This document shows, piece by piece, positions 42,620 through 55,288 of a stretch of DNA of 64,000 nucleotides. Made by a program: the position numbers and the translations under genes. The stretch lies in contig OZ024740.1 of the NCBI GenBank assembly GCA_964016885.1, positions 154,132,001 through 154,196,000 of the forward strand, written 5' to 3'. The notes under the pieces were generated by a model. That model worked only from the letters and a program-made list of their open reading frames with translations. It made no database searches and was not told where the DNA came from. Positions within the stretch are counted from its first letter, which is position 1. Every line of letters begins with the position of its first letter. The DNA is from Eledone cirrhosa (lineage: Eukaryota).

Positions 42620-43670
42620 TCTTACTCCAACCCATCCTATAGAGGGCTCTATGTCTACTACACGGCACTCTCCCATTATCCTTTATATCTACAACCACCA
42701 AATTCTCCCCCTCTCTATATATAACATATAAAACTCTCCCAATCCCCCTCTTTATATCAAACATCTCTAAACTCTTCCTCTCCCCATCTATACCACACTC
42801 ACTCTTAAGCGTTCTCTATATATCCATCACAAACTCCCCTCTCTATATCTTTAACGATACTGATTCTACCAAACCCATTCTCTATGTTTAGCAATATTTA
42901 TCTCTCCCAACCCCCTCATTATATCTACAATACAACAATCTCTCTCATTCCCTCTCATTCTACCCATCACTAACAAATTCTCACCCTCTCTATATCTATC
43001 AATGCATGTCTCTATCAATCCTCTCACGCTATCAATACCACCAAACTCTCCCCCTTGTATATCTCCCACACGGAACTCTCTTCTAATCCCCCTTTCTATA
43101 TCAATAAACACCAACCTCTACCCCTCTCTATATCTATTACACGGAACTCTCTCCCAACGCCCCTGTCTATATCAATTCCCACCAAACTCTCTTCCTCTCT
43201 ATATCTACCATACAACACTCTCTCTCATTCCCTCTCACTCAATCCTTCACTATCAAAGTCTTCCCCTCTCTATATCTACTACACGGAACTCTCTGCCAAT
43301 CCCCTTCTCTATATCAATAACCATCAATCTCTCCCCTTCTCTATATCTAATATACAAGGCCCTCTCCCAATCCCACTCACTATATCAATTACCACTAAAC
43401 TATCCCCCTCTATATATCTACTATATAACACTCTCTCATTCCCTCTAACTCTGACCATCACTACCAAACCCTCCCCCTCTCTAAATCTATCAATGCCTAC
43501 CTCTATCTATCCGCTCACTCTATTCATTACCAACAAATTCTCCCACTCTCTATGTCTGCTACACGTAACTCTCTTCCAATACCCCTCTCTATATCAATTT
43601 ACACCAAACTCTCTCCCTCTCTATATCTACAACATAGAACTCTCTTCCAATACCCTTCTCTATATCAATA
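42620..43670. repeat. Degenerate C/T-rich satellite, resuming at 49328-49460
   Basis: Recurrent ACCAAACTCTCCCC.CTCT.TATATCTA.TACACGGAACTCTCT.CCAATCCC..CTCTATATCAAT; interrupted by Tx1 copy D. Confidence 0.8.
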
Positions 43671-43869
43671 CCACTTGATATAGACGTGAATTACTTTGCT
43701 CCGTACTTTTACGGATTATTGTCAAAAAAACTGTGAGTTTATTGCTCAATTTAATAACATTGTTTAGTTTAACCCCTTGCCTGGGCCGTCAGACGTTGAG
43801 TCAACTAATTTACGCCCCTTTCTGGGGCGAAATTTTCATTTTCATCTCAAAACTGTAGACTTGGTGGCA

Positions 43870-45653
43870 ATGGATGCCATTTCCACCTCACACACTGTCG
43901 TGAGTGCCACGCCCACTAAGAGAAGTAGTGGAGGGAAGGTAGGAGTACAAAGCTTGCAGCCTTCCCCCCTCGCATTATCGAAAAACGTTAAAAATATTGA
44001 AACCACGAAACCAAACCCGGTAAATAATACCAGCACCAACAACAAGAACAATGACAATAATACCACAACCAACAACTGCAACAATAGTAATACCAAGGAA
44101 AACATGAACAATATTACCAACAGTGACAGCAACAAAAAAGACAACACCAAAACAACATTCGCACAGACTGTAAAAAAAAACGAACTATACACGCCAATAG
44201 ACATAAAAAATGCTAAACAACTATGACAAGACGCAAAACAATTCGTGACTTTTGGCGAAAACGGTGCTTTTAGCATCAATTCTCCACAGGAATTACGTAG
44301 AGAGGCTGTCCTGAAAACTGTTGTTTTCAGGACAATATCGAACGAAACAAGAAAACCAGCTCAATTATCACAAAATGAAATTGCACTGGTTCTAAAAGAT
44401 GCAATGAAGGACTTAACCTTCATACACAAAGGTAAACTGTTTGGTAGCATTTCGGTGCTAATGAACAACCAGTCAACAGCTCAAAAGTACTCGGTATCAC
44501 CCATTGTGTCCCCCCGCTTCACCTTTTTCCCCACATACAGGGGGAAAAGGACACAAAGAATAAAAATAATGAGTATCACACCAAATATAAATATTTGGTG
44601 GATACTATGTGGAATCTTTAACTTTGACGAAGACAAGATAATTTCAATAGGAAAGTCCTCCGGAGGTGTATTTGGTGGGACCACCGTAGAAGTTCTGGTG
44701 CAAATGGGCCCAGAACGAATAGCGAATATCCCACAACGCGTGCCTCTGGACGGGCTAACTTATATAAACATTTCAGTGGAGGGAAGGTGGCCGTCATGTT
44801 ACCACTGTTTAAGTAGGGGTCACCTGAGGGCTGCCTGTCCTCAATTAACGAGTAAAAAAAAAGCTCTTCTGCCAACCCCGAACACAACAACACAACCACC
44901 ACCACCACCACCACAACAACAACAACCACAATAACACGGAAAAATAAGAACACAAAACACTGTTCCATCCAACCCCTCCCCACCTAAAACAAATACAAAA
45001 GCAACCACAACAAAACCCCAAAATATACCCCTCCCCAACAACACAGAAGAGGACTCCGTATCAACGTCACCCAGTGACGACGAGGGAGAACCCTTTCAAC
45101 AGGTGAAAAGGAAAAAAAAAGGCACCACATTAACACAAATGCCACAAACACACAACCACCAGCACAAACATCACAAATAAAAAAAACCACCCCTCCCCAA
45201 AACATAACACGTACTACAAAACGCAAACACGCACAAGAACAACAAACAAAAACAAACACAACACAACAAAAACTCTATACATACATTAACAAGAACAATA
45301 AAACGTTGATGAAAGCGATAGAAAATAACCCTTCGGTGGAAACCGAAGGGATCACTTTCACCTACGCAGCGAACAAACCGCACCTAATGATGATTAGGGT
45401 CCCAACGGAAACCTATGTAACTTTGAAAAAGAGCCATCCAATGCATGTGGGGACCAACTGCACCAAACCACATAACAGCGTCCTATTGAGATGTTTCCCC
45501 ACCCCCACACCAGACACCCACACCCCACCAAACACCCTAATCCTACCGCACACTGATGTCCTCACCCCACCACAAACCACCACCCCACCAAACAACCCTT
45601 CCAACACCTCCATGGAAATTGTGCAGCCTGGTCCTCATGAGACGAAGAGGTAA
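43870..45653 (+). pseudogene. Tx1 ORF1 (gag-like CCHC knuckle), interrupted by stops at about 44224 and 44932
   Basis: MDAIST start aligns with MEAITT in copy C; CYHCLSRGHLRAAC; ends ...QPGPHETKR*, like copies A and B. Confidence 0.8.
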
Positions 45654-45695
45654 GTAACTTCCTTTCCTCTTCGTTTTTAACTCTTCAGCACCAAC

Positions 45696-48600
45696 ATGGC
45701 CAATATAAGAGTTGGATGTGTGAATGCAAGCGGCTTGGGGATGTCCTGGAAACAGGGCAAACTCTTAAATGACCTCAGGTCGCACAGAGTGGATGTAATG
45801 GTTATTTGCGAATCCAGGATCAGCAGCGAGCGCCAACTGGCCCCCATCTTCGACGACTTTGAGATCTACGCATGTCTCTGTCAGCCGAGGGGTGGGGTGG
45901 GGTTGTCGTTCTGCTGCGAAAATACCTGGGTCTTGCCACACAGAAGGTACACCTCAAACCGGAGGGTCGACTGGTGGTTTTAGACGTCGGCAGTGGTGAA
46001 GGTGGAGCTTTCAGGCTGGTGGCAGCGTATGTCCCATCTCGGACACCGCGACCGGACTTCTTCCGACGCCAGGAGAATTTCCTGGGAACGTCTCTCTCCT
46101 TGCTTTTAGTGGGGGACTGGAATGGTATCCTGGATGCACGTTGGGACTATGTAGGGGCATGTCCCGATAGAGGGGGGTGTAACAGCCTCAAACGATTAAT
46201 CGGCCGATTTGATGTGGCCGATAGATATCGACTAGATTTTCCGACTGTGCCACGGTGGACGTGGACTAATCGCAGCGGAAATCTAGGTCGTACCTAGATA
46301 GGTTCCTAGTTAGAAATAAGGATAGGGACATATTAAGCTGTCCACGAATGTTCATGGTTGACTATTCGGATCACAAGTTGGTGACCGGAGTGGTCAAACT
46401 TGATAGAACTCATAGACAGGGACCCGGTTACTGGAAGCTAAACTTGTCTTTACCGACAAACAAAGCTTACAGTAAGCGGATTAGCACACTAGTTAAGCAG
46501 CGTTTGACGGGGGAAATTGTCAACAACAGGTGGTGGGGCTCTCTCAAGAGAGAAATTAGAATAGAATCGATAGGTTTTAGTCGGGAATTAGCATCAGATA
46601 GGAATAGAACTGAAAGAGAATTAACAAATAGAGTAGAAGAGGCGATTAGGAGTGGCAACGTGGCCGGCGTGCTGGCGTCAAGAACGACCCTAGACGAGTT
46701 CTTTGATGCGAAGCACGAGGGCTGCGTTGTCAGGAGTAAAATACGTGCTCTGGGTAACGAGGGAGCCAAAGCTGTTTGCTGGGCCCGAGTGACAGAGGCA
46801 AAAAGTGGAAACAAGTCCACGATTTGGTCTTTGAAGGACCAGGATGGACGCGTGATCCTTGAACCTGAGCGGATGGGCGCGGCCTTTCAACGGCGCTTTG
46901 CACGACTGTTCGGGAGGGGCGGCGGGCCGGGTGGGGCCATGGATTTCGGTCCATACCTCGACGGTCTGGCGCGGCTCTCGGACGGGGAGGCGAAGTCCTG
47001 CGAGAGGCCGATTTCAGCCGCTGAAATAGGGGAAGCGCTGAGCCAATGCGGCAAACGAAAATCTCCGGGTCTCGATGGTCTACCATACGAACTTTATGTA
47101 GCGATGCCGGGCTTGTTCTCCGGTCTCCTCGAGGCGGTCTACTGCAACTGGCAACAGAACGGGAGAATTCCCAGTTCTGTGACCAAGGGCGTAGTCACGC
47201 TGGTGAGGAAGGATGAGAACAAGGGGGATGACATAGATAACTTCAGGCCCATAACTCTGTTAAACACAGAGTTAAAGATTTTGGCCAAGGTGTTAGCAAA
47301 GAGGTTCGCGCTTGTCGTCGGGAACCTGGTAGGAGAAGCGCAGACATGCGCAACCTGTCCAGGTCCATACACGACAACCTCCACCTCATACGATACATCG
47401 TAGAGAGGGTAGGGAACGAACCCGGTTTTGGTGGGGCCCTGATCAACTTGGATCAATCGAATGCGTTTGATAGGTTTGACCATCGGTACCTGGATGCGGT
47501 GCTCGCGGCGGCAGGCTTCGGGCCCGTTTTCAGGGGCTGGATTGCTGCAATACACAGCAGCAACACCTGCTCGAGGGTCAAGGTGAACGGCTCCCTCTCG
47601 GAGCCGTTCCAAATCACGCGATCCATTCGACAGGGATGCCCTCTCTCCTTCCTCCTGTATGTGCTGGTTCTCGAGCCACTACTGCGGAAGCTGGAGCTGT
47701 TGCAGGGCATCCCCTTGGAACCGGGATTGCGGAAAGCGGTGTCGGCCTACGCCGATGACGTGACAGTAATGGTGTCGTGCGCCTCGGAAATCGGGCAGAT
47801 CGGCACCTTACTGGAGGAAAATGAAAGGTTCACAGGAGCCAAGCTGAACCGGGACAAGTCCGTCGGTTTGCAACTCGGGACGTGGAGGGGCAAAACGATG
47901 CCCTCCGACGGCATCGTCGGACGCTGGACGGAGTGACCGGTGAAGCTGCTCGGGGTCTGGTTCGGACCGGACCTCCAGGTGGAGAAAAACTGGGACGAGG
48001 TAACGGGCAAGGTCTTTGCACTCGCCCAGAAGTGGGCCGAGTGCAAACTATCCCTGAAAGGTCGAGCGGAGGTGGCGAACGCTTCTATAGCGTCCGTCAT
48101 CTACTACCACTTCACCGTCGTGCCTTGCCCAGAGAAAACACTCGCCAAAATGGAGCGCGCGCTCTTCCAAGTTCTTTGGAAGAAGCTGGCTCCTTTGGTG
48201 AGAAGATCCATCTGCTGTCAACACCCTTCGAACGGAGGGCTGGGGATGCCGTGGCTGACGATGCGTAGACACGCATTAAGGCTACGGCACCTCCAGGTAT
48301 TCCTCACCGGTCAGCCGGTGTGGGCCCTGTTTGTAAGGCGAGCCTTTCCGAGACTCGTCTCACTCACCGAGCTGCAATCCTGGGTCAAGCAAAGACCGAG
48401 AAAAGTGGGCGACTGGCACATTGAATGTGCCGAGTCGCTCACGGCCCTCTGGCAAGCGGATCCGGCAATCAGTGGAGACTCAACCTCAACATTCTATAGA
48501 GGGTTGATGCGCAGTAAGTGCGACGACGCTCTCGGAGAGGCTCTGGGCATAGAGGAAGATGAGCTGGCCAGTCTGTTCGGTAGGACGTTTGGCCCGGGAC

Positions 48601-49088
48601 CGATGGACAACTTCCAAAAGTCCCTGGCTTGGCAATGTTACCGAGGAGCTCTACCCGTTCGGGACAAGCTCTGTCCAAGATGCGTGCGTGACGAGGAAAC
48701 CGTCGCACACGCATTCGTACACTGCCCGGGCGTTGCTGACCTGTGGGGCTATGTGGAACGACTACTGTCGCGGGTGGGACCAATCGGCTTGACCACCGAG
48801 AACATTGTCACGATCAAACCGCCTCCCTCTTTCAAAAACGAAGGAGAGGTGGTTTTCCTCTGTGTGATAGCCATGGCGAAAGAAGTTGTATGGTGGACAA
48901 GGTTGAAAGGGCTGAGGTCAGACACCTTTCTCTCCGGCCAACAACTGGTCTTTTTTTTCAAGTACCACTTTAGAAGAAGGATCAGAATGGAGAGAGAGGT
49001 GCTCTACCCCAGCAAGTTTTATGAAAGATGGGTGAAAGTAGCGAGAATGGCCCGAGTGAATGGGCCTTCTCTCTATATCAGCCTGTAG
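45696..49088 (+). pseudogene. Tx1 ORF2: APE endonuclease, RT, C-terminal Cys/His finger (about 3 frameshifts, 1 stop)
   Basis: CVNASG, VGDWN, SDHK, YWKLN, KSPGLDGL, NFRPITLLN, RQGCPLS, YADD, KLLGVWF, GGLG, CPRC...ETVAHAFVHC. Confidence 0.9.
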
Positions 49089-49609
49089 GTGAGAGAGGAG
49101 AAGAATGAGAAGAGGAAGGAAGCACCCGCTGTTTGTGCTCCTGAAGAGGAGGGTTGCACATTTTTTCGGGGGTGTGTGCGACCCATGTCAACGCCCCTCC
49201 CTATTGAGGACATCGATTGTTAAATTTAATTTGTTATATGTTTTTTACACGTCTTTTTAAATGTATGTAAACTCCCCCCTTTGTATTTGTCCCAATCTTT
49301 GATGCCCTGGTGGCAAATAAATAGAAATATATATCAATTAACACCAAACTCTCCCCTTCACTATATCTATCAATACCTACCTCTATCTATCCCCTCACTC
49401 TATTCATTACCACCAAACTCTCCCCTCTCTATATCTATCTCTCCCATCTACCTCTACATAACATGTACATACATTGTTGCGGATATACAAATAAATGTGT
49501 GTTCTGATATATATTTGGGATAAAAAAATATTTATTAGGGGGGTCTATGGCCCACCTGGCCGCCAGTTCCACCTTCCCTTATATATAAGGAACATTAAAT
49601 TTAAAAAAA

Positions 49610-52600
49610 AACATATAGAGGCCAGGAATACCTTAGAGGTCTAAAGGAAAAAATTAACGACATGAAAAAAGTAAATAAAATATTAGTGAAATCTGATAAA
49701 ACGAACAACCTATATGGGATGGAAAGAACAAAATATATCTATTTAATTTTAAAAGAATTGAGGAAAAATTATAAAAAGGCCCCAAGTGAGGATTTATTGG
49801 ATATTAATAATGATGCATTCAAAATTATCACCAATCTTGGAATAGAGCAGAAAACTGAACCTTTCATACCAAAGCAACCGCGGATAAATTTTAAAGACCA
49901 CAAAATAAATTTCGAAGAGGACTTACCAGTTAGACTTATAGCACCTTCTAAATCAGTGGAATAATTAGTAAAAATACAATAGATAGGATTTTACCAACAC
50001 TTAAATTGAGGTCATGGCTAAATCTATGGAAAGGCACTAGTTAAGTCATAGATTGGTTCAATAATATCAAAATAAAAATAATTATAAGTTCATTCAAATG
50101 GATATAGCGAGTTATAATTCCTCGATAACTCCTAATCTATTAAATAAGGCGTTGTCATACGCATATAAACACACGGACCTATCTAGTGATGAGATAAATA
50201 TTATATTAACAGCAAGGCGAACTTTCTTTGATTTTAATAATGATCTTTGGAGTAGGTCGGATAGACAGAAGAATTTTGACATTACTATGGGCTCGTCTGA
50301 TTCGGCGCAAGATACGGATCTTGTGGGCATCTTTATCCTTAACATGATAAATAGAAAACTGCCGGAGATTGCCGGAGGTTCATATAGGGACGACATATAA
50401 TTTACTGTAGAAAAACATAATAATAGCGAATTAAATAGAGTAAAGAAGGTAATTATAGAATTTTTTTAAAATTACGACCTGAAATTAGAAGTAGAAAATA
50501 ATAATAAAATAGTTAACTTTTAAGATGTGACTCTAAATTCTAATTCAGGCCTTTATTATCCTTTCCATAAAGTCAATGACAACTTAAATTATGTTAGTTT
50601 TTATTCTAATCATCCTAAAAGTGTTAAGAATGCAATAGACGACAGTGTACAACAACGAATATCCAGGCTATCTGCTAATAGATCCATATTTAATAGTAAG
50701 GCTGTATATTATAATGACGCGTTACATAAAGCTGGATATAACAATAATATTGAGTATATAGAAAAATATACTGAAAATAAAATTAATTATAATCATAGTA
50801 ATCTTAATAAAAATGAATATAAAAACAACTTGATGAATAAATCGGGGAAAAAAATAAGAACTAGATCTATAATTTGGTATGCTCCGCCAGCATCCTTAGC
50901 TATTAAAACACCTGTAGCACATTTATTTTTTAAAGCTTTGGATAAATGCTTCCCTAGGTCACATAAATATTACTCTATTTTCAATAGTCACACAGTTAAA
51001 CTCTCTTATTCAACAACTATGAATATAGCAAAAATAAATAGTAAAAATCTTAATTTGAACTAACCTATAATTAGCAATAATAACAATAATAATAACAATA
51101 CATTAGTTAATGGGAATAACAATAATAATAGTTTCAACATGAATAATAGTAGAACACCTTTAAATAATAATGGGAATAGTTTAAGGTCTGGAAATAACAT
51201 TAAGAAGAAATGTAATTGTAGAAATAAGTCTGAATGTCCTTTACAAAATAATTGCCTTGACAAGAATATAGTATATAAATGTACCATTAAGACAAATAAT
51301 AATATATATAACTACTTGGTGCCACTTCATCTAAATTTAAGGAACGTTGGATTAATCATAGACACTCTTTCAGTATACCAGATAAGAAATTTTCAACTTC
51401 ACTTTCACAATTAATATGGTTTTTAAAGGACAATAATATTAAATACTCCATTTCTTGGACAAAATTAAAGAATGCTACCCCGTATCGGAACTCAACTATT
51501 TCGCAAAATTGCAATCTTTGTAACCTTGAGATTCTACAGATAATTACAAATTATGACAATTTAATCAACAACAAAAAATGAATTATTTAGTAGTTGTCAC
51601 CATAAAATTGGTAAAACTTTCCAGGCAATGTACAAGTTTCGAAAAAATATTGACAATTAATAATTTAATATATATATAAGTTTTTGCCTTATTGTAGTAA
51701 TAATTTATTGATATTTATATGTATTAGAATAATTTCATTAAGAGTCTCGTTATCCTATGTTTTGATTAGGACAGTTCAATATTTAACTAGACATTAGGTC
51801 ATTTATGGTTTTGAAATATCGCTGGACGTGAGAGTAGATATAACTTTGAAATGTTGGCATATGGTGAATGAGTTATCTTCCTTTTGTTTACATTGTCCGT
51901 AAAAAATTCTTATTTTTACTAGCTTGCTAAATTATATTAGATATGAAATATGTAGACTAATAATATATAGACTATCATTAAAATGAAACTATATATCAAA
52001 ATAAGTAAATACAGAAGTAAATATAACATTTCATTAATTTAATGAAATAAAACTTTTGAGTGTAAATGTAATCCTTTTGAGTGTAAGTTTAATCCTAGGA
52101 ATTAAATGAAAATTAAAGAATAGTAAAGATTTCATAAAGAAAATATTATAATTAAATTAAATAATTTGGGTAATAAATGATCTAAATATATTATGTATTG
52201 ATGGTGATATATGCATGGTATTAGATTTTAATACGCTTTAAAGATGAATTCTTTTAAAGTTGTAACAACATATTTATAGAATATCTTACCTTAAAATTAA
52301 TAATAATAATAATCTATAATAAGTTAAATTAAACTATATACATTTTTAATTAAACTATATATGTGATTGCTATAGAAAGTAATCTATACTGATTAATTTT
52401 CATATAATATATAAGTATAATTAGCTAAAGCATAATCAAATACAAAAGATATTCAATTGTTTATGTGAATTGATTGGATGTCCTATTTGATCTAACATTT
52501 GAAAACAACGGTTTTTTTTCTCTATCCCCCTCTATTTGATGTTCCTTTATTTTTCTTTATTTTCTTTACCTCCCTCTGTTCCCTTTACTTTCCCCCACAT

Positions 52601-52993
52601 CTTCCCTCTTTTGTCGTTATTACTCTTTTCTTTTTTATATATTTATTTTACTCATTCATCCATTTATTTTTTATTCATTTATCTATTTATGTATGTATTT
52701 TTTTTCTTGCCTTTCCTCTTTTTTATACCCCCTCTCATATCTCTAATTTACTCTACAACCTTTTCTTCTTTAAGTTTATCATATTATTTGTGGTATAAAA
52801 ACATTGAGATTTGATGAAATAAATCACTACCAATACTGGAATTGAATAATCAAGACCGTAACGGTATGTCATATATCAAATCATATATTTTGTCTGATGA
52901 GGACGTACAGAAAAAACAGACAGTACCTTTGAAATATATATAATAAAGTATATATTTTGATTGTGAGAATATTTTTCATTTGTTAATATTTTG

Positions 52994-52998
<5 letters not shown>
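49610..52998 (+). mobile_element. Naiad-like PLE (RT, CxC..CP..C linker, GIY-YIG, long 3'UTR, hammerhead), decayed
   Basis: KSDKTNNLY, FKDHK, FDITMGSSDSAQ.TDLVG, YRDD, SNHP, WYAPP, CNCRNKSECPLQNNCL, NIVYKC, CNLC.LE; ends in (TA)n. Confidence 0.88.
52882..52952 (+). ncRNA. Minimal type I hammerhead (H6) at PLE 3' end
   Basis: atatattttgt-CTGATGA-..gtac..gtac..-GAAA-tatata-TA-ataaagtatat; palindromic stem III. Confidence 0.65.
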
Positions 52999-53036
<38 letters not shown>

Positions 53037-53046
<10 letters not shown>

Positions 53047-53917
53047 GAAACACACAGATACATGCGGACACACACATATACATGAATGCATCCGCACCCT
53101 CCGCCTTTTGGGATTCTTTCTCACGTCGTGTAGACGCGTTCTTGAGACTAGTAAAATGAGGTATCCTCTTGATAAGTCGGCAGACCTCGCAAGGACTCTA
53201 TATCTTTATGATGTATTGTTTTTGTTTATGCCACGAAACTACGTAGTCGAGGAATCTAGGAGCAGTTCAGGTATGATACATTTTATTACTAATTATATCT
53301 AAATGTTTCTTCTCTCTTCATAATGTATTTTTAACTCTGATACTGGTTCAGTCTAGTTCAACCGGATTGGTCTGTCCCAGTCATTCATTGAGCAACATCG
53401 GTGAAGTTGGCACCCTTAACTCACAGTTGGGTGCGGATGCATTCATGTATATGTGTGTGTCCGCGTGTATCTGTGTGTTTCTAAATATATTGTTAATAAC
53501 TCCCTCTGGTCGAGCAACCTTTGAAGTGTGGGGACTGTTGGAAAGATTCCATTACTCATACTTCTCGCCTCCTTCACCACCTCTTCTACGGCTTCGATAT
53601 AAATACCCCCTCGCCTCCGTGGTATTTTCTTCGGGGTTATAAGAGGCTTAGCTCTGTTTCTCGACCGTTATATCGCGTGACTATCTCCCCCTCCGCCTTT
53701 TGGGATTCTTTCTCACGTCGTGTAGACGCGTTCTTGAGGCTAGTAAAATGAGGTATCCTCTTGATAAGTCGGCAGACCTCGCAAGGACTCTATATCTTTA
53801 TGATGTATTGTTTTTGTTTATGCCACGAAACTACGTAGTCGAGGAATCTAGGAGCAGTTTAGGTATGATACATTTTATTACTAATTATATCTAAATGTTT
53901 CTTCTCTCTTCATAATG

Positions 53918-53920
<3 letters not shown>
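53037..53920 (+). mobile_element. Retrozyme/pLTR-like repeat (H7): 592-nt period, two hammerheads, 5' inverted segment, in (TA)n
   Basis: 53098-53328 recurs at 53690-53920; 53037-53099 is the reverse complement of 53429-53491; tcctc-TTGATAA...GAAA-ctacgtag-TC-gagga occurs twice. Confidence 0.8.
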
Positions 53921-53952
<32 letters not shown>

Positions 53953-54000
53953 GAGATTTTTTTACAAAATGAAAAAAAAACGAGGTGTCCTACACGAGTG

Positions 54001-54056
54001 AAAGTAGAATTGAGATGGAGGGTAAAACCACAGACCCTCCATCTCAATTCTACTTT
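54001..54056. repeat. Perfect 23-bp inverted repeat upstream of a hammerhead 3' half (GAAA-ccgg-TA, 54076-54085)
   Basis: AAAGTAGAATTGAGATGGAGGGT / ACCCTCCATCTCAATTCTACTTT. Confidence 0.85.
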
Positions 54057-54392
54057 TGAAAAGCACAAGAACTGCGAAACCGGTAAAGGAACCAAATAAA
54101 TATTTTTTTTAAAAGACTCCAGTTGCATTTTCGATTTCATCTTTTTTCTTTATATATATATATATATATATATATATTTTATGGGTATATATCGAATGTA
54201 TGTATATAAAGAGAGAGAAATTGGAAGAGTGAGAGTGAAATAGACAGATGTAGATAGATAGGTACATTGATAAATAGAGAGAGAGGGGTTGGAGAGAGAG
54301 AGTGATTGTTAGAAAAACAGATGGATGGCTGGATTGTTATACACAACGCTGTTAATAATCCAGATATAATTCAATGCAAGGATATGTGTGTG

Positions 54393-54451
<59 letters not shown>

Positions 54452-54540
54452 CTGTGTATTAGTTTAGTAAAATCGACGCTTCGGCTGTAGCCAAGCCAAC
54501 GCGATACAATGATATATATATATATGTGTATATATGTGTG

Positions 54541-54571
<31 letters not shown>

Positions 54572-55019
54572 AAACACATATGTTTGTATGTGTGAGCTAG
54601 AGTAGTTAAACGGAGGCAGGTGGCTTTTTTCGATGCGGTGCGGTTTGGGGGAGGGGGTCTTGGTTCGTTATATATATCTTATTCATATCTAAATACCATG
54701 AGTTTCCTTTCAGAGAGGAAAATAGGGGCGAGGTCGGAAAGACGAAATCTGAAACATAGCATAATTCATGAGGTAGCCACTGACATTACTTTGATTTTTC
54801 AGTTGGAGGGTGAACGGAGGGAAATGATATGTATATGTGTTTCTGTTAAACTGATCACCTTTGACACCTTTTCCACACATACTCTTCCTGACTTACGAGC
54901 GCGAACATCTGACTATGTGAGTATGCAGCAAAATAAAGAGCTATGTTATATATGTAATATACGCACGCACACACACACTCACTAACACACACACACGCAC
55001 ACACACATGCGCGCGCGCG

Positions 55020-55069
<50 letters not shown>

Positions 55070-55102
55070 ATCGTGTATGAATGTATATATTTATATGTAT
55101 GA

Positions 55103-55162
<60 letters not shown>

Positions 55163-55174
55163 TCATACATATAA

Positions 55175-55213
<39 letters not shown>

Positions 55214-55226
55214 TTCATACATATAA

Positions 55227-55288
<62 letters not shown>

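Larger units (their letters stand above)
43671..49327 (+). mobile_element. L1/Tx1-clade LINE copy D, full length, few disablements
   Basis: 5'UTR, ORF1, ORF2 and a 3'UTR ending AATAAATAGAAA; possible TSD TATATCAAT (43661 and 49330). Confidence 0.93.

Noticed and set aside
43000-43678. 148- and 207-aa ORFs
   Set aside because: They lie in the G-poor satellite and are low-complexity translations.
47934-47936. Programmed readthrough TGA in Tx1 ORF2
   Set aside because: Other copies have Gly or Arg codons here, so this is a simple point mutation.
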